DNA of 64,000 nt from the human T2T-CHM13v2.0 reference genome, Homo sapiens, in the NCBI RefSeq assembly GCF_009914755.1, contig NC_060929.1; one strand, given 5' to 3'. The notes below the pieces were generated by a model. The model saw only the letters and a program-made list of their open reading frames with translations, had not been told where the DNA came from and searched no databases. How positions within the stretch are numbered: position 1 is the stretch's first letter; the number at the start of each line of letters is the position of its first letter. A program made the translations under genes and the position numbers. This document shows, in pieces, positions 1-16,589 of the stretch.

Positions 1-284
1 TATTGATGAATATTTAAGAGATTTATATACTATCAGTGGCTCTAGGCTTATCTGATTTTCTACCTCTTTCTTATTCATAAGAAAGATATCCACTGGATAA
101 GATAACATCAAATATTTATTTAGTTCTGAAATACCTTGATTTTAGAATTCAGCGGCTAGATCTTTAACTCTGCCATAATCATGGACTTCTTGTTAGCTAC
201 TGAATGGCTACAAGTAATTTTGGAAAGATAACTTCACATGATTTAGGGATCTGATACTTGAAGTGTTCAAAATTAACAGTCTAC

Positions 285-560
285 TGATCAACTATTCTGT
301 GGCAGACTGAGTGCTAAGTACTTTACACTGCTGACTTATCTTCACAACTCTGTAAGATCCAAGTGGTGGCTCTATTAGAGATAGGGAAATTGAGATTTAC
401 AGAAATTGCCTAAGGTCACACTCCTAGTGAGGGACATGCAATAATTAAGAGACATTTTTAAACATTGTTGTTTATCTGACATTCAAATTTAACTGGGTAT
501 CCTGTATTTTTATTTGCTAAATTGGGCAACCTTAATCTAGGTTCATCTTATTCCAAAGTC
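285..560 (-). mobile_element. MIR SINE fragment interrupted by a half MER53 (hAT-type MITE, about 435-532)
   Basis: MIR core 'gggaaattgagatttacagaaattgcctaaggtcaca'. MER53-like 'ttgtttatctgacattcaaatttaactgggtatcctgtattttt...ggcaaccct' follows, and MIR-like sequence resumes after it. Confidence 0.6.
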
Positions 561-956
561 TTCAAATGTATTGTATTCTGCTGAATTTATTGTTTTTTTA
601 TCCATTTACATTTTCTCATGAGAATTTCACAATAAATCTAAGAGGAAGACAGTATTTTCCATGTAGTATTCCGGATGTAAAAAGAAGTCAAATATTTTTC
701 AATGTCAAATGAGTATTGTTTGTGAGATGCCATTTTCCTATGTTGCAATTATAGGATTTTGATGCTATAAAGTCCCTAGGCTTTGAATAAAATTTCAGCA
801 TTGTGCATGGTACATGGTAAGTGTTTAATAGATGTTTATTGATGATGATTTTGTTAGTGCCATCATCATTACTGTTATTACTACAGGAGTCATCAAGACT
901 GTCTAAGATTTAGAATCTTTTGTATACACAGATACATAGGGTTTCTCTAGAAAAAT

Positions 957-2655
<1,699 letters not shown>

Positions 2656-2914
2656 GGAAAATAGCTTCACAGATGACATATTGTCACATCTGATAAGCAA
2701 CTTGAAATCATTCGCAAAACAGGAGGCAAACACAAATGTTGAATCAGAGAAGAAATTGGTCATGTTTGAGAGGCTACCAATGGGTCTCTGACTAATTTAA
2801 CTGGACCATAAATGCTTTAGGAATCACCAGAGTAGAAAAACAAAAAATTGATTTAACTTATAAGTACCCCCCACTCCTCTGTTCTCTACAGGGAAGAGTA
2901 CAACATGAAGGAAA

Positions 2915-3108
2915 ATTGATTCTGATTTACCCTTCTCTGACTATCCACATGACCTAGGACAACTTATTTGGCTCCTCTAAACTCTGGGTTTACATCTTTC
3001 AAATGTGGATAACTTATATCATTGGGTGGTTGTGGCTGTTAAATGAGATACATGTGCAAAGTGCTCACTTAGCACATTGTCCAAATAAATGCTGGCTATT
3101 AGTATTGA
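2915..3108 (+). mobile_element. MIR SINE
   Basis: 'tgacctaggacaacttatt...ggttgtggctgttaaatgagatacatgtgcaaagtgct...aataaatgctggctatt'. Confidence 0.65.
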
Positions 3109-3189
3109 TAATTTTCTTTCTCCATTCCTATTTAAAATACTTTGGTGCCCTTTCACAAATTACTTGAAATGTGATTTAACTGTGGTTTC

Positions 3190-3506
3190 TTTACTGTGTT
3201 TTTTTTTTGTTTTGTTTTGTTTTTTGTGAGACAGAATCTCTCTCTGTTGCCAGGCTAGAGTACAGTGGTGTGATCTCAGCTCACAGCAATCTCTGCCTCC
3301 CACGTTCAATCAATTCTCCTGCCTCAGCCTCCTGAGTAGCTAGGACTACAGGCGTGTGCCACCACGCCCAGCTAATTTTTGTATTTTTAGTAGAGACAGG
3401 GTTTCACCATGTTGACCAGGATGGTCTCAACCTCTTGACCTTGTGATCCATCCACCTCAGCCTCGCAAAGTGCTGGGATTACAGGCGTGAGCCACCGTGC
3501 CCGGCA
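3190..3506 (-). mobile_element. Alu (AluSc-like)
   Basis: Full-length dimer with 16-bp TSD atttaactgtggtttc (3174-3189 / 3507-3522). Confidence 0.97.
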
Positions 3507-3942
3507 ATTTAACTGTGGTTTCAATGAAGCTGACTCACCTGGTTAAATCTGTCAAAATAATTTATGGCTGTAGATTTAATCTAAGTTGCCTATACCCTAA
3601 TATTTGGGCTCAATTAGGCCAGATTAATTAATTTTTTTCACGGCTGTCCCACTGGGCTGTTTAGGATTAATGGCTTAATGGCTTTGTTCCCACCTTAACA
3701 TCATTTTTCAGGAGAACTAACTCGTGCAGGAAACGCCCATGATGCTGTAATAAAAAACAAACTAAAATTAATAAAATTAATCTTTGTAAATTCTTCCAAA
3801 CAAAGGCCTAGTATAACTAGCACTTTTTACTGCTACTCTTCCCTTCGTTTCCAGTTTATACTGGGGTTTTAGTTTTAACGTATCTCTTGGTAACAAATGT
3901 TCACAAAGCTTCCAGCCACCATCACTGAACATTAATACCTTA

Positions 3943-4249
<307 letters not shown>

Positions 4250-4519
4250 TTATAACTGGATTTCAAATTATTTTCTTACTCACAATCTTGTTCATCTGTC
4301 TTGAGATAGACTTATTAAAAACAGTCAAACTGTAATCACAGTGATGCCTTGTAAGCGATTATTCTCTGCTGGGAGGCTATAGCAGGTTTTAAGCAAAAAC
4401 AAACAAACGAACAAAAGCTGAAATCCAGAAATCAACTCGCAGTCTACTTCTGCTTCTATCTGGGAAGGCTATGTCAACACTTCAAGTTGCAACTTATTTT
4501 CATACTAAAAAGTGTTCCT

Positions 4520-4982
<463 letters not shown>

Positions 4983-5752
4983 CTACAGGGCAAGATAGGT
5001 AACAGCAGCTTCTAACCTACAGTTGATGTCTGCCTTGTAGGAATAGAGTCTGGTGCTGTATTATTCTGCCATTTTTCTACACAAGAAGAAAGAAGTATAG
5101 ACTTTGTGTGAAGTTGTTGACTGTTAAATATTGGCAGCTAATTTAACTATTTGAAATATGTTTGTTACTCAAAACTTTCAGGCAAGACCCAGTTGATGAA
5201 CTATTGGATGAAGACTTGTTTTAACAAGTCCTGAAAGATTGCCCAAATTCATTATTTTTAAAAGATCTTAACTTGAACATAAAATAGTGCTAGAGTTAGT
5301 GAGATGCACTATCATTTTACAGGTACGATATGCAGTATCTCTGCAGTTTGTCACAATTTTTCCCGGCCTTTGTTGACCATTGGCTTAATGAAGTCCACTG
5401 TAGGATACACACCAAAGGAACTGTGATATTTCTTCCTATTGAGTGAAAAGAACACTCTTTGCTAATGCCATAACAATAAGCCAAAGAGCCATGTTCCTTT
5501 AGGCTCTTCCCTTGGGAACTCTCCTTTAATTACTGGTAATATTATAATAATTATCCTCATTGGGTAGGTTCTCTTAATTTTTTTCTATTACTCCGCTTCA
5601 TGTGACTCCAGACCTCCAAGTCTGACAAAGAATAATCAGTGATAACATGCCTGAGACTTCATAATAGGTTACATTATTATATTTAGGGAGTTGTCTCATC
5701 CTATGAACAACGATTATCCAATAATTTTAAAGATGAGTACCTTTCTGCCAAG

Positions 5753-6505
<753 letters not shown>

Positions 6506-7525
6506 TTTATTGCCAAAACCCAGTATGGGTGTTGGGGGTAGAGGCTCTCTTGGAACCCAGGAAGCAGTTGGCAGCAGCAGCTTGTCCTACACTAACTCCT
6601 GGACCCTGAGAGTCTTTGGCCACACACTCCATCTTTCCTGTCACTTCAGTTTTTGAGCAATTTGCAAAGGAGGAAAACTAATCTGAAGGGAACTGCTAGG
6701 GTGGGGCTGGGGCTACTCACTGGTGGGCTCTCAAAACCCTCAAGTCTCAGGAATTCACCTCTGACTGTCCACAATGGGTATTTCACTCTCTCACCCTTGT
6801 CCCCTCTTCCTCCCTCCTCAAGGTCTCTGTGTCTGTCTCTGTCTCTCTCTCTCCTTCTCTCTGCCTCTTCCTTGCATGGTTCCAGTCTTGGAGGCCCTTT
6901 GCCAATTCCAATCAGAACATCCAGCATCAAACACTAATCCAGCTGAATGATAAGATTTGCCTTCCCCTGGCTTTCTCACAGTACCCAGGAAAGTCAGGTC
7001 TGCCATCTCTGTCCTCGGAGGACCAGTGGGACTAAGCTAGCAGAAATCTTAGAGATACCCAGTTTGTTCTCAGCTTAACCATCCTCTTCAGAAAGAGGAT
7101 TCTGGGTCTCTGTCTTTTGTCTGGGGATGCCTAGAACAAAAACAGACACCCTCAGCCTCCTCTTACCACTCCACGTGGGTGCCAAACAATCCCACATTCC
7201 TCCCCACTGAGCTGTCTCCTTCACAACCTTGCCAAACTTGGCTTACAGGGGAGCCTAAAGCCAAAGCCTTTAGTTTTTTTAATTACAGCATGGTCTGGCC
7301 CCAATACAAATTAGATAATGACAGCTGATGGCCCAAAAATGGCACCTTTGACTTTCAAATTCTCAAGGATCTTGACAACTTTATAACCAGGAATGGCAAA
7401 TGGCAAGAGGTTCCCTATTCAGGCTTTCTTATACCTTAAATCCCAACCCTCTTTATGTCAAGCTTGCACCCCTCATGCAATCCTTCTTCATGAAAACCCT
7501 CTCTGGGTATCTTCTTCCACTAAAA
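6506..7525 (+). mobile_element. ERV1 internal region: degraded tRNA-Phe PBS (6508-6525), leader and decayed gag 5' end (from about 7175)
   Basis: PBS tattgccaaaacccagta matches TGGTGCCGAAACCCGGGA at 13/18. Manual translation gives (M/V)GAKQS ... WPQYKLDNDS*WPKNGTFDFQILKDLDNFITRNGKWQEVPY, typical of gammaretrovirus-like HERV Gag. Confidence 0.8.
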
Positions 7526-7990
7526 CTAATGTTTACTTATTATTTAATTTTCTTATCTCATTACATAGGCTAGCATTTCCAAAAACTGTGGACAAAACAC
7601 ATTAATAGTAGGAATCCTTGTTTTAGTTCCTATTAATAGAAATATCTCAAGTGTTCCACTGTTATATTTGAGGTTCTTATTTGATTTAATAATCTAAGAA
7701 TTTTTTAAAATTTTTTCGGTATTAGTTTATTATGTGTTTTCTTTAGGAACTTGTGTTTAATTCTCTATAACGATCTTTAGCAGCACCCAAGACAATTTTG
7801 TTCTGCTTGGTTTATTAATGTGATTCATTAGAGATGTTGAACCAAGCTTACCTTCCTAAAATAAAGTCAACTGAATCACATAAAATTATTTATTATGCTG
7901 TAGATATACTTTGAAAATGACTAGTATATTTATATCTATATTCAAAAGTAAGATTATTATACAATGTAATGTTTCAATGTTGCCTGGATT
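7526..7990 (-). mobile_element. Highly decayed L1M ORF2 fragment
   Basis: Antisense ORF2-like motifs (ggctagcatttccaaaaactgtg..., atgttgaaccaagcttaccttcct). Confidence 0.5.
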
Positions 7991-10259
7991 ATTTCTGAAT
8001 GTATTTCATTTCCCTCTTTTACAATACTTCTTCTGTCCATATTTAGAAGACCATGTCCTTTCTTGGGAATATAAGACTGACAGAATACCTTAGAACCAGA
8101 GGAGAAAATGCAGCAGATATGACAGTCAAGAAATGAAATGTTAGCAACAGAAAATGTACTGTCACTCAGAAAAAAAAAGTTGATGTAAAGACACAGGAGA
8201 AATCTTTTTACTGTATCTCCAAAGTAATAATTATCCATTATGTAGTATGGTTTGATAATATGTCTATTTTCATGTCTACATATTGTCACTTGAGAAAATG
8301 AATGAGAAAAATAAACTTAATACCTAAGAGCAGGAGAATATTAAATTTAAATGCTACTTTATTTATACAATTGCTTGTCATTTTGGTACATAGCTCCAAT
8401 ATTTGAGTGTTTTATTTTATGATACTTTAAATAAAATAAATTTCAATGTGAGTTTTTTACTCTCGATATATGCATTTAATTATTTTAGTTAACTAGCTAT
8501 ATTCACCCTAAAATTAATGGAAAGAAACAGCAAAACAGGTATTTATTTTTAGATTTGGGGCTTACTCAAATATTATGCTCTACTGGAGAAAGAGAAAATT
8601 AAGGAAAAAATGAAAATTATCTTTCAAAATCATAACTTCCATAAAAACTGTCAGAGTATCTTATAAAAAGTATCTATCACTGCATCTCAATAAGGTAGAA
8701 ATCATTCTCATTTTAAATAATTGTTTGTCACCTTATAGATTAACATAGCTGGAGATTTTACAGTAATTTACAGAGTTCCTTTATAAACTCAATTGCTTTT
8801 ACATAAATTAAAAAAATCTCCATATAAAGGAATAATATATATTTAGCAAGAATACATATAATTAAAAATAAATTCATTAAGCATGATAGGAGGACTGCCT
8901 ATAATGAAAAGAGAAATGGGAATAGAGTGTGTAGGGGTAAGTGACAAAGAAGAAATTTGACAAAAGCTTCTTATGATTAAGCTACTGTAAGTAAGTAAAC
9001 TAGATATTGTTGGATGCTACCCTGAGACTTTTAGGGTATAATTAGTTGTTGTCAAAAATAATAGTTTTCTACTGATCTAAAGGTGATGCCACCTCTAAAA
9101 TCTGCTCATTAAAAACCAGGGAAAGATTAACATGCTAGGAAAATATGGCCCCTTACTTTTGTCTGATTAAAGATATTATATAGTTCTAATTCAGAAATTT
9201 TTTATGTATGTATCATGGGGAAAACTCTTGAACCTCCTGCACTCACATTCTTTTCTCAGAGACGAAAAAGAAGATGGTGAGTTCACTTTTTACCTCAATA
9301 AAACCCTTTACATAAAGTTTGCTAACTGCCATATATTGTAGGACCTATTGGGCCAATTTGGGAAGTTTCGATGGAAATTTTGATTTCTGGCCTATCTTGT
9401 GGTAAGAGTTGGGGCTAAATATTTTGAAGACTTCACATTCCAACCAGCTATGATTGGCAGGTGTTAAAAAAAGCTCCTTCCCATCTAGCAGCCCCCATCC
9501 TGCCATTAAGATGTTATATCACTTGAAGTTTGTCACAATCTCCACCTCTAATTATTCCCTGTCTCACACTGAGATGGAGTATTTATTCATATTCATCATT
9601 GTGTTTACATAGCAGTTTTCCTAGTATCAGAAGAAATGGGATTTATTATCTCCTCCCATGTCGCTGTGAGAAAAGATCATGACAAACTAAAAGGCCTGGC
9701 TATTTTAGCATAAATGGAAGAAAGCAATTCTCTAGGTAGAAATGATGATTCCATTCCACCTGATCTCCTTCAATCAAGTTACCACCCTGGCCCATGAAAG
9801 CATTTGTGTTTGGGATTTCCTCTGTACATAATCACAATTATAAATAACTAAAATTAATACTCTAATAATTAAGACAATATTTTTCATGCTAGTTTAGAGG
9901 GTTGTGGAATATTTCTGGAAGATTCTTAATGCATAGTATTACCAGTTTTAGTAAATTAACTGATTAACCCAAATAAGCATAAACCTTTAGGAGAGAAATC
10001 ATAGTAACCCTTATGAATTACTGCCTCACACTCCAAACTCATAAAACTTCCTGACTGCCTTGTCTCCCTGGGAGCAAAATATTTGGTAGATTTAGTAATT
10101 TTCATAAAACTTCAATCGAGCATTTTAATTTCTAGCCTATCTCGTGGAAAGAGTGGGAGCTAAAAATACTGAATTTTGTTTACTGTGTAAAATAAACATT
10201 CTTTCTGTGTTGCTATTGTTGATATTTTCCATGGTTTAACCAAAGGGGGATTATATAGT

Positions 10260-10440
10260 TCAGGGGATCTCAAATTTTAGCATGCATCACACTCACCTGG
10301 GAGGCTTATTAAACATAAATTTCTGGGCCCCTTTCCCAAAGTTTGTCATTCAGTAGATCTGGGATGGGGTTAGAGAACTTTCATTTTTAAAAGTAACTGG
10401 GTGACACTATTAGTCCAGAGTTCAAATGTTAAGAACCACC
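10260..10440. mobile_element. MER5A-like hAT-Charlie DNA transposon relic
   Basis: 'ctcaaattttagcatgcatca...tcacctgggaggcttattaaaca...cagtagatctgggatgggg...aagaaccac'. Confidence 0.75.
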
Positions 10441-11378
10441 ACAGCCACAATGTAATTGTGAAGTGAAATGTTATGCATTTTAAATAACAGATTATTAATA
10501 ATATTGCTGCCATAAGAAATATTTATAACTGCAAATAACATTTTTATATGAAATCCATCACCTTAGGCCTATCGATAGAATTTCCTAAAAAATAAGGCCT
10601 CTCTTTAAGGAATTCTTCCAATATTTCTGGTTGTATAACAAGCCTCCAGTAAGCATACAGCATGGACTTGCAAAGCCAATACCCTTTTTGATGTGTCTTT
10701 AGTTAAGACATAGGAGAAGAATACTAATAACTTAATAACTTGCGAAGAAGAAAGATATATAGCTCAGGATTTTATAAACAACTTATTGATTTTTAAAGAA
10801 GAATCATAATAAGGATAGTAAAATGCATTAATCATTTAAAATTTACAAAAGTAAGTTGTTTTATTGAAAAGAAATATTAACATTTTTTCATACACATACA
10901 TAGTCTCTGACTACATATCCCACTGCCCATGGTTAAAATTATATATTTTACTCAAGCCCATGGGCCCATGTACTATATTATAATGTTTTGTGTATTAGGT
11001 AAATTATAATTTTGAAGGATTCGTGTATTTAAAATATAGCTTAAAATATTTATGTGCATTATCACACATCTTCTATGTGGTAAGAACAATTATTTTAAAT
11101 AGGTTAAATGCAACATCTAATCTTATTGCTAAAACAAATTTTATACTATCTTATTAATATTTAACAATTTAAACTCTGCCTTAGATCTTTCACAAAATAC
11201 AGCTATCAGTATTCTTAAAAAACAAAATTAAAAGAACTACCTCTATTAAAATATTTTATTTAAATACTTTATTAATATATGCTTTAACAGTTTAATGCCT
11301 GCATTGTTATTATTACCTACATATATGTTCTTAACAGTCAGTCATATACGTCATATATGGAAATAAACAAAAACTATC

Positions 11379-11743
11379 TGTCTTAGTTCATTTGGGCTGC
11401 TATAAGAAAATCCCATAGAGACAGTAGCTTATAAATAGAGGAAATTTATTAGTTACAGTTCTGGAGGCTGGAAATTCCAAGATCAAGATGCTGAAAGATT
11501 CAGTGTCTGGTGAGGGCCCACTTCCCGACTCAAAGATACTGACTCCTCACTGTTTCCTCACATGGTTGAAAAATCAAGGCAACTTTCTGGGTTCTCTTTT
11601 ATTAGGGCACTAAACTATTCATGATTGCTCCACCCTCACAATCTAATCATCTCCCAAAGTCTCTGCCTCCTTACATTATCACCTTGGTGATTAGGTTTTC
11701 AACATATGAACTTTTGGGGAACCTAAACATTCACACCAGAGCA
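11379..11743 (-). mobile_element. MaLR solo LTR (MSTD/MLT1A-like)
   Basis: 'tgtcttagttcatttgggctgctataa...cagttctggaggctgg...ccaagatcaag...aaacattcacaccagagca'. Confidence 0.8.
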
Positions 11744-11744
11744 A

Positions 11745-12167
11745 AACCCAAATGAGAACACAGGCTATTTATTTAGAGCTTTCAACAGCAAAGAAGATAG
11801 TCAACATCACTTGTGTTTAACAAAGACTCAAAGGCCGACTGGGGGAAGAAGACCAAACTTTATAGTGAAGGAAAAGAAGCCTTCAGGTTCTTTTTCTGAT
11901 TGTAGGTTAGCATGAAGAAGTAGTAGGTGGACTAACTAAAAGTTGCTAATTTATGTGAATGGTTTGGGAAGCATATTTGACTTTCCCTAGTTGGTCCTGA
12001 ATTGAAAGCAGAGGCAAATATAGGTAAGTTGGCAGTTATTGACCCAGTCCTGGATATTTTGGACTAATTGCTACAGAAGTTATAGTTTGGCTTCCCAGAT
12101 AAAAGAGTTTGTAGATCAGAGTTCTGCTTTCATCTATGGTCTGGTCACTATCCATTTGTATATTCAA
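11745..12167 (-). mobile_element. ERVL-class LTR fragment (subfamily uncertain)
   Basis: Resembles recalled ERVL LTR consensus ('gaacacaggctatttatt...gcatatttgactttcc...tatggtctggtcactatccatttgtatattca'). Confidence 0.5.
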
Positions 12168-12540
12168 TAAGTTATCCATATTATATTTAAACAATAGGGA
12201 TCCTACATCTTCATGTAAACCTACTATCAGCAATAGATGAACTCCTAAGGGTGCACCCAGAGCTAATAAAATTATCTTTGTTGGTATTCCACAATATAAA
12301 TCCTGATTAAATGAATAAGATGGGTGCTCAAATAGTGACTTTTAATCCAGCATAATATGCTGTACACACATAATGCTGATCTGAATAAAATGTACTTGTT
12401 CACTCAACAAATATTCATTGAGCACCACAGTGTTTGTCAAATCCTATGCAATTTAAAATACTGCTCTGACACTTACTTTACCTTCTTGTACTAGAATCTG
12501 GCTTTCCCTTGTGGGGGTTCCCTGAAGATCTCATAATTGG

Positions 12541-14430
12541 GTTTTTTTTATACTTAAGCTCTGGGGTATATATGCAGAATGTGCAGGTTTGTTACACAGG
12601 TATACATGTGCCATGGTGGTTTGCTGCACCTATCAACCCGTCATCTAGGTTTTAAGCCCCACATGCATTAGGTAATTGTCCTAATGCTCTCCATCCCCTT
12701 ACTTCCCATCCCCTGCTAGGCCCCAGTGTGTAATGTTACCCTCCCTTCGTCAATGTGTTCTCATTGTTCAACTCCCACTTATGAGTGAGAACATGCAGTG
12801 TTTGGTTTTCTGTTCCTGTGTTAGTTTGCTGAGAAGGATGGTTTCCAGCTACATCCACGTCCCTGCAAAGGACATGAACTCATCCTTTTTTATGGCTGCA
12901 TAGTATTCTATGGTGTATATGTGCCACATTTTCTTTATCCTGGATTTGGGTTGGTTCCAAGTCTTTGCTATTGTTAATAGTGCTGCCATAAACATTCATG
13001 TACATATGTCTTCATAGTAGAATGATTTATATTCCTTTGGGTATATACCCAGTAATGGGATTGCTGGGTCAAATGGTATTTCTGGTTCTAGATCCTTGAG
13101 GAATCGCCACACTGTCTTCCACAATGGTTGAACTAATTTATGCTCCCACCAATAGTGTAAAAGTGTTCCTATTTCTCCATATCCTCTCCAGCATCTGTTG
13201 TTTCCTGACTTTTTAATGATTGTCATTCTAACTGGCATGAGATGGTATCTCATTGTGGCTTTAATTTGCACTTCTCTAACGACCAGTGATGATGAACTTT
13301 TTTTCATATGTTTGTTGGCAGCATACATGTCTTCTTTTGAGAAGTGTCTGTTCATATCCTTCACCCACTTTTTGATGGGGTTGTTTGCTTTTTTTCTTGT
13401 AAATTTGTTTAAGTTCCTTGTAGGGTATGGATATTAGACCTTTGACAGATGGATAGATTGCCAAAATTTTATCCCATTCTGTAGGTTGCCTGTTCACTCT
13501 GATGGTAGTTTATTTTGCTGTTCAGAAGTTCTTTAGTTTAGTTAGATCCCATTTGTCAATTTCGGCTTTTGTTGTAATTTCTTTTGGTGTTTTAGTCATG
13601 AAGTCTTTGCCCATGCCTATGTCCTGAACGGTATTGGCTAGGTTTTCTTCTTTTATTGTTTTCAGTCTTACATTTAAGTCTTTAATCCATCTTGAATTAA
13701 TTTTTGTATAAGGTGTAAAGAAGGGGTCCAGTTTCAGTTTTCTGCATATGGCTAGCCAGTTTTCCCAGCACCATTTATTAAACAGGGAATCCTTTCCCTA
13801 TTGCCTGTTTTTGTCAGGTTTGTCGAAGATTGAATGGTTGTAGATGTGTAGTGCTATTTCTGAGCCTTCTGTTCTGTTCCACTGGTCTATATATCTGCTT
13901 TGGTACCAGTACCATGCTGTTTTGGTTACTGTAGCATAGTTTGAAATCAGGTAGCATGATGCCTCCAGCTTTGTTCTTTTTGCTTAGGATTGTCTTGGCT
14001 ACAAGGAGCCTTTTTTGTTTTCATATGAAATTTAAAGTAGTTTTTACTAATTCTGTGAAGAAAGTCAATGGTAGCTTGAAGGGAATAGCACTGAATCTAT
14101 TAATTACTTTGGGCAGTATGGCGATTTTCATGATATTGAGTCTTCCTATCCATGAGCATGGAATGTTCATACCAGAATTTCTGGGACACAGCTAAAGCAG
14201 TGTTTAGAGGGAAATTTATAGCACTAAATGCCCACATCAGAAAGTGGGAAGATCTAAAATCGACACCCTAACATCACAATTAAAAGAAGTAGAGAAACAA
14301 GAGCAAATAAATTCAAAAGCTAGCAGAAGACAATAAATAACTAAGATCAGAGCAGAACTGAAGGAGACAGAGACATAAAAACCCTTCAAAAAATCAATGA
14401 ATCCAGTAGCTGGTTTTTTGAAAAGATTAA
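12541..14430 (-). mobile_element. L1PA7/8-like element with 5' inversion: 12541-14166 antisense (ORF2 3' part plus 3'UTR), 14167-14430 inverted ORF2 segment
   Basis: ORFs 12996-13364(-) and 13276-13497(-) are ORF2p. The plus-strand block encodes [25 protein letters not shown]. Both ends carry the TSD ataattggg(g)tttt. Confidence 0.93.
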
Positions 14431-14873
14431 TAATTGGGGTTTTCAACTGCTACATCCTAGACCTGTAGATGAGTAATTGATGACCTTGCCTCTCATTGCT
14501 GCATTCAAATCACCATTCTTGCCTTCTCCCTGATGAAACTTCCCTGCTCTTTGTGTCAGACTGCACCATTTGCTTCCAAACCTGTACCTGCCAACTACAG
14601 ACTGGCTTTTATATTCCTTCAGGATATTAGCACCTTGTTCAAATACTCTCTTGCATCTTCCATTTTTTTTTATTTGTGATTTCACAATTCAAATAAACAA
14701 TGCACCCATTACCTTCATTTTCTTGCTTCAAATAACTTGAGAAATGTGCATGTGTTTTCATGTATGTGTGTATCTGTCGAATGATTTCAATGTGTAGGTG
14801 AAGATGCAAACTTGTATCTTAAGCCAGATGTTCTCCTTGACAGCATCTTGGACGTTTTTTTATGAATCAGTGT

Positions 14874-15174
14874 CAGCCACGCATCATGGCTCATGCCTGT
14901 AATTCCAGCACTCTGGGTGGCTGAGGCAGGCAGATCTCTTGAGCTCAGGAGTTCAAGACCAGCCTTAGGCAACATGGTAAAACCCCAACTCTAAAAAACG
15001 GAAATGCAAAAATTAGCCAGGCATGGTGGTGCACACCTGTAGTCCCAGCTACTCAGGAGGATGAGGTGGTAGGATCACTTCAGCCCAGGAAATCGAGGTT
15101 GCAGTGAGCTAAGATCACGCTCTCACTCACTGAACTCCAGCCTGGGGCAACAGAGCAAGGTCCTGTCTGAAAAT
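14874..15174 (+). mobile_element. AluJ
   Basis: Diverged dimer with AluJ features (gagctcaggag, aggatcacttcagcccagga). Confidence 0.92.
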
Positions 15175-15191
15175 TATATATATATATATGC

Positions 15192-15246
<55 letters not shown>
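15175..15246. repeat. (TA)n/(TG)n microsatellite at the Alu tail
   Basis: Read directly from the sequence. Confidence 0.97.
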
Positions 15247-15249
<3 letters not shown>

Positions 15250-16589
15250 ATAAGTCCTGGTTCTCCAGCCCAGATCAATTAATGTCATCATTTTTTAAAA
15301 TGGGGGAAGACAACAGTGTTCTTTAAAATAAAGGAAGAAAGGCAAGGAAGAAGGAATACATAAATATACGTTTTGTTTTGATAGATGAATAAATACACAG
15401 ATTATTTAATTAATTAAAATAGAATTTCCTGAGGGATTATAAAAAGTTGAAAAATGGCTCCACTCTTGACTTTTCCACTGTGAATAGCTTCCCCACTCTG
15501 ATTTTTTTTCTTATCTGTCCCTATTAAATCTCATTTCCCTCAAATAGCCTGATATCACTAACTCTTTAACCACATAGACACTTTTAATTTGTTGACCCTT
15601 CTCCTTTGTATTCTCATTTTCCTCCCTAACCAATTTAGATTCCAAGTCCATCATTTAACTAACTCCCTTAACAAAAAAATTCTTAATTCTTGTCCCACTA
15701 TCTTTCCCTAACTTAATGATGAATTGCTCTTTCTCCATTTGTTTGTACCATCACCTCTTGCTCGCTCTAGAATATTATTTCTGCAGTTGTCTGCACATTC
15801 ATCATTAATCTCATTCATCATTAATGTCTTCTTCACTGGATAATTTCTGTCATTAAATATTTTTGTGATAATTCTGGCATTTAACAATAATCTCTATTCG
15901 CATCTTTCTTCAGTTATCACTGCCTTATCTACTTCTTTTTATGACAAAATTTTTAAATGCTGTCTCCATTTGTTATTCTTACATCCTTTTTTTAATTCTC
16001 CCTAATCACCAAATCACCAAATCAAGGTCAGTAGTGACTTCTACATGAAAAGGTTCAATGGCCACTTTTAATTATTATATTATTATGCCTATTAACTAAC
16101 ATTTGAAGTAGCTGATCACTCCTTTCTTCTAGAAATACTGTCACTGCATTATGTGATACCATATACCTTTTTCCTCCTTCCTCACTTAGCCTCCTACTTC
16201 AGTGTCTCCTTTGCTGAATTTTTATTTTCTTCCCAAACTCTAAATACAGAAGATCTGTCCTGGGATATCTTCTTTCAATTATCTACCCCCATTCCTTAGG
16301 TGATCCTAGACTTTCTCCTTGTTTATATTCCACCTTTACACTTATGACTCACAATTTAGTTTCTCCAGTCTTTCCTCTGAACTTAAGGCTCTTAGATCCA
16401 TCTGCCTCCTTTATTTATTCTCTTGGATGCCTCAAATTTAACATGTCCAAAACCAAACGCTTTATTTTTCTTCCCTGTTTGTTCCTCACTCTTCCTTTTC
16501 TCAGTAAATAAGAATGGCACTTTTCCAGTTCTCAGAATTTAAAAATTGCGTTTTTTAAAAAAATTACGGCCAATTTATTATATACTATC

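Noticed and set aside
8030-8230. Purine-rich stretch that might be a coding exon
   Set aside because: Weak splice sites and no recognisable protein similarity.
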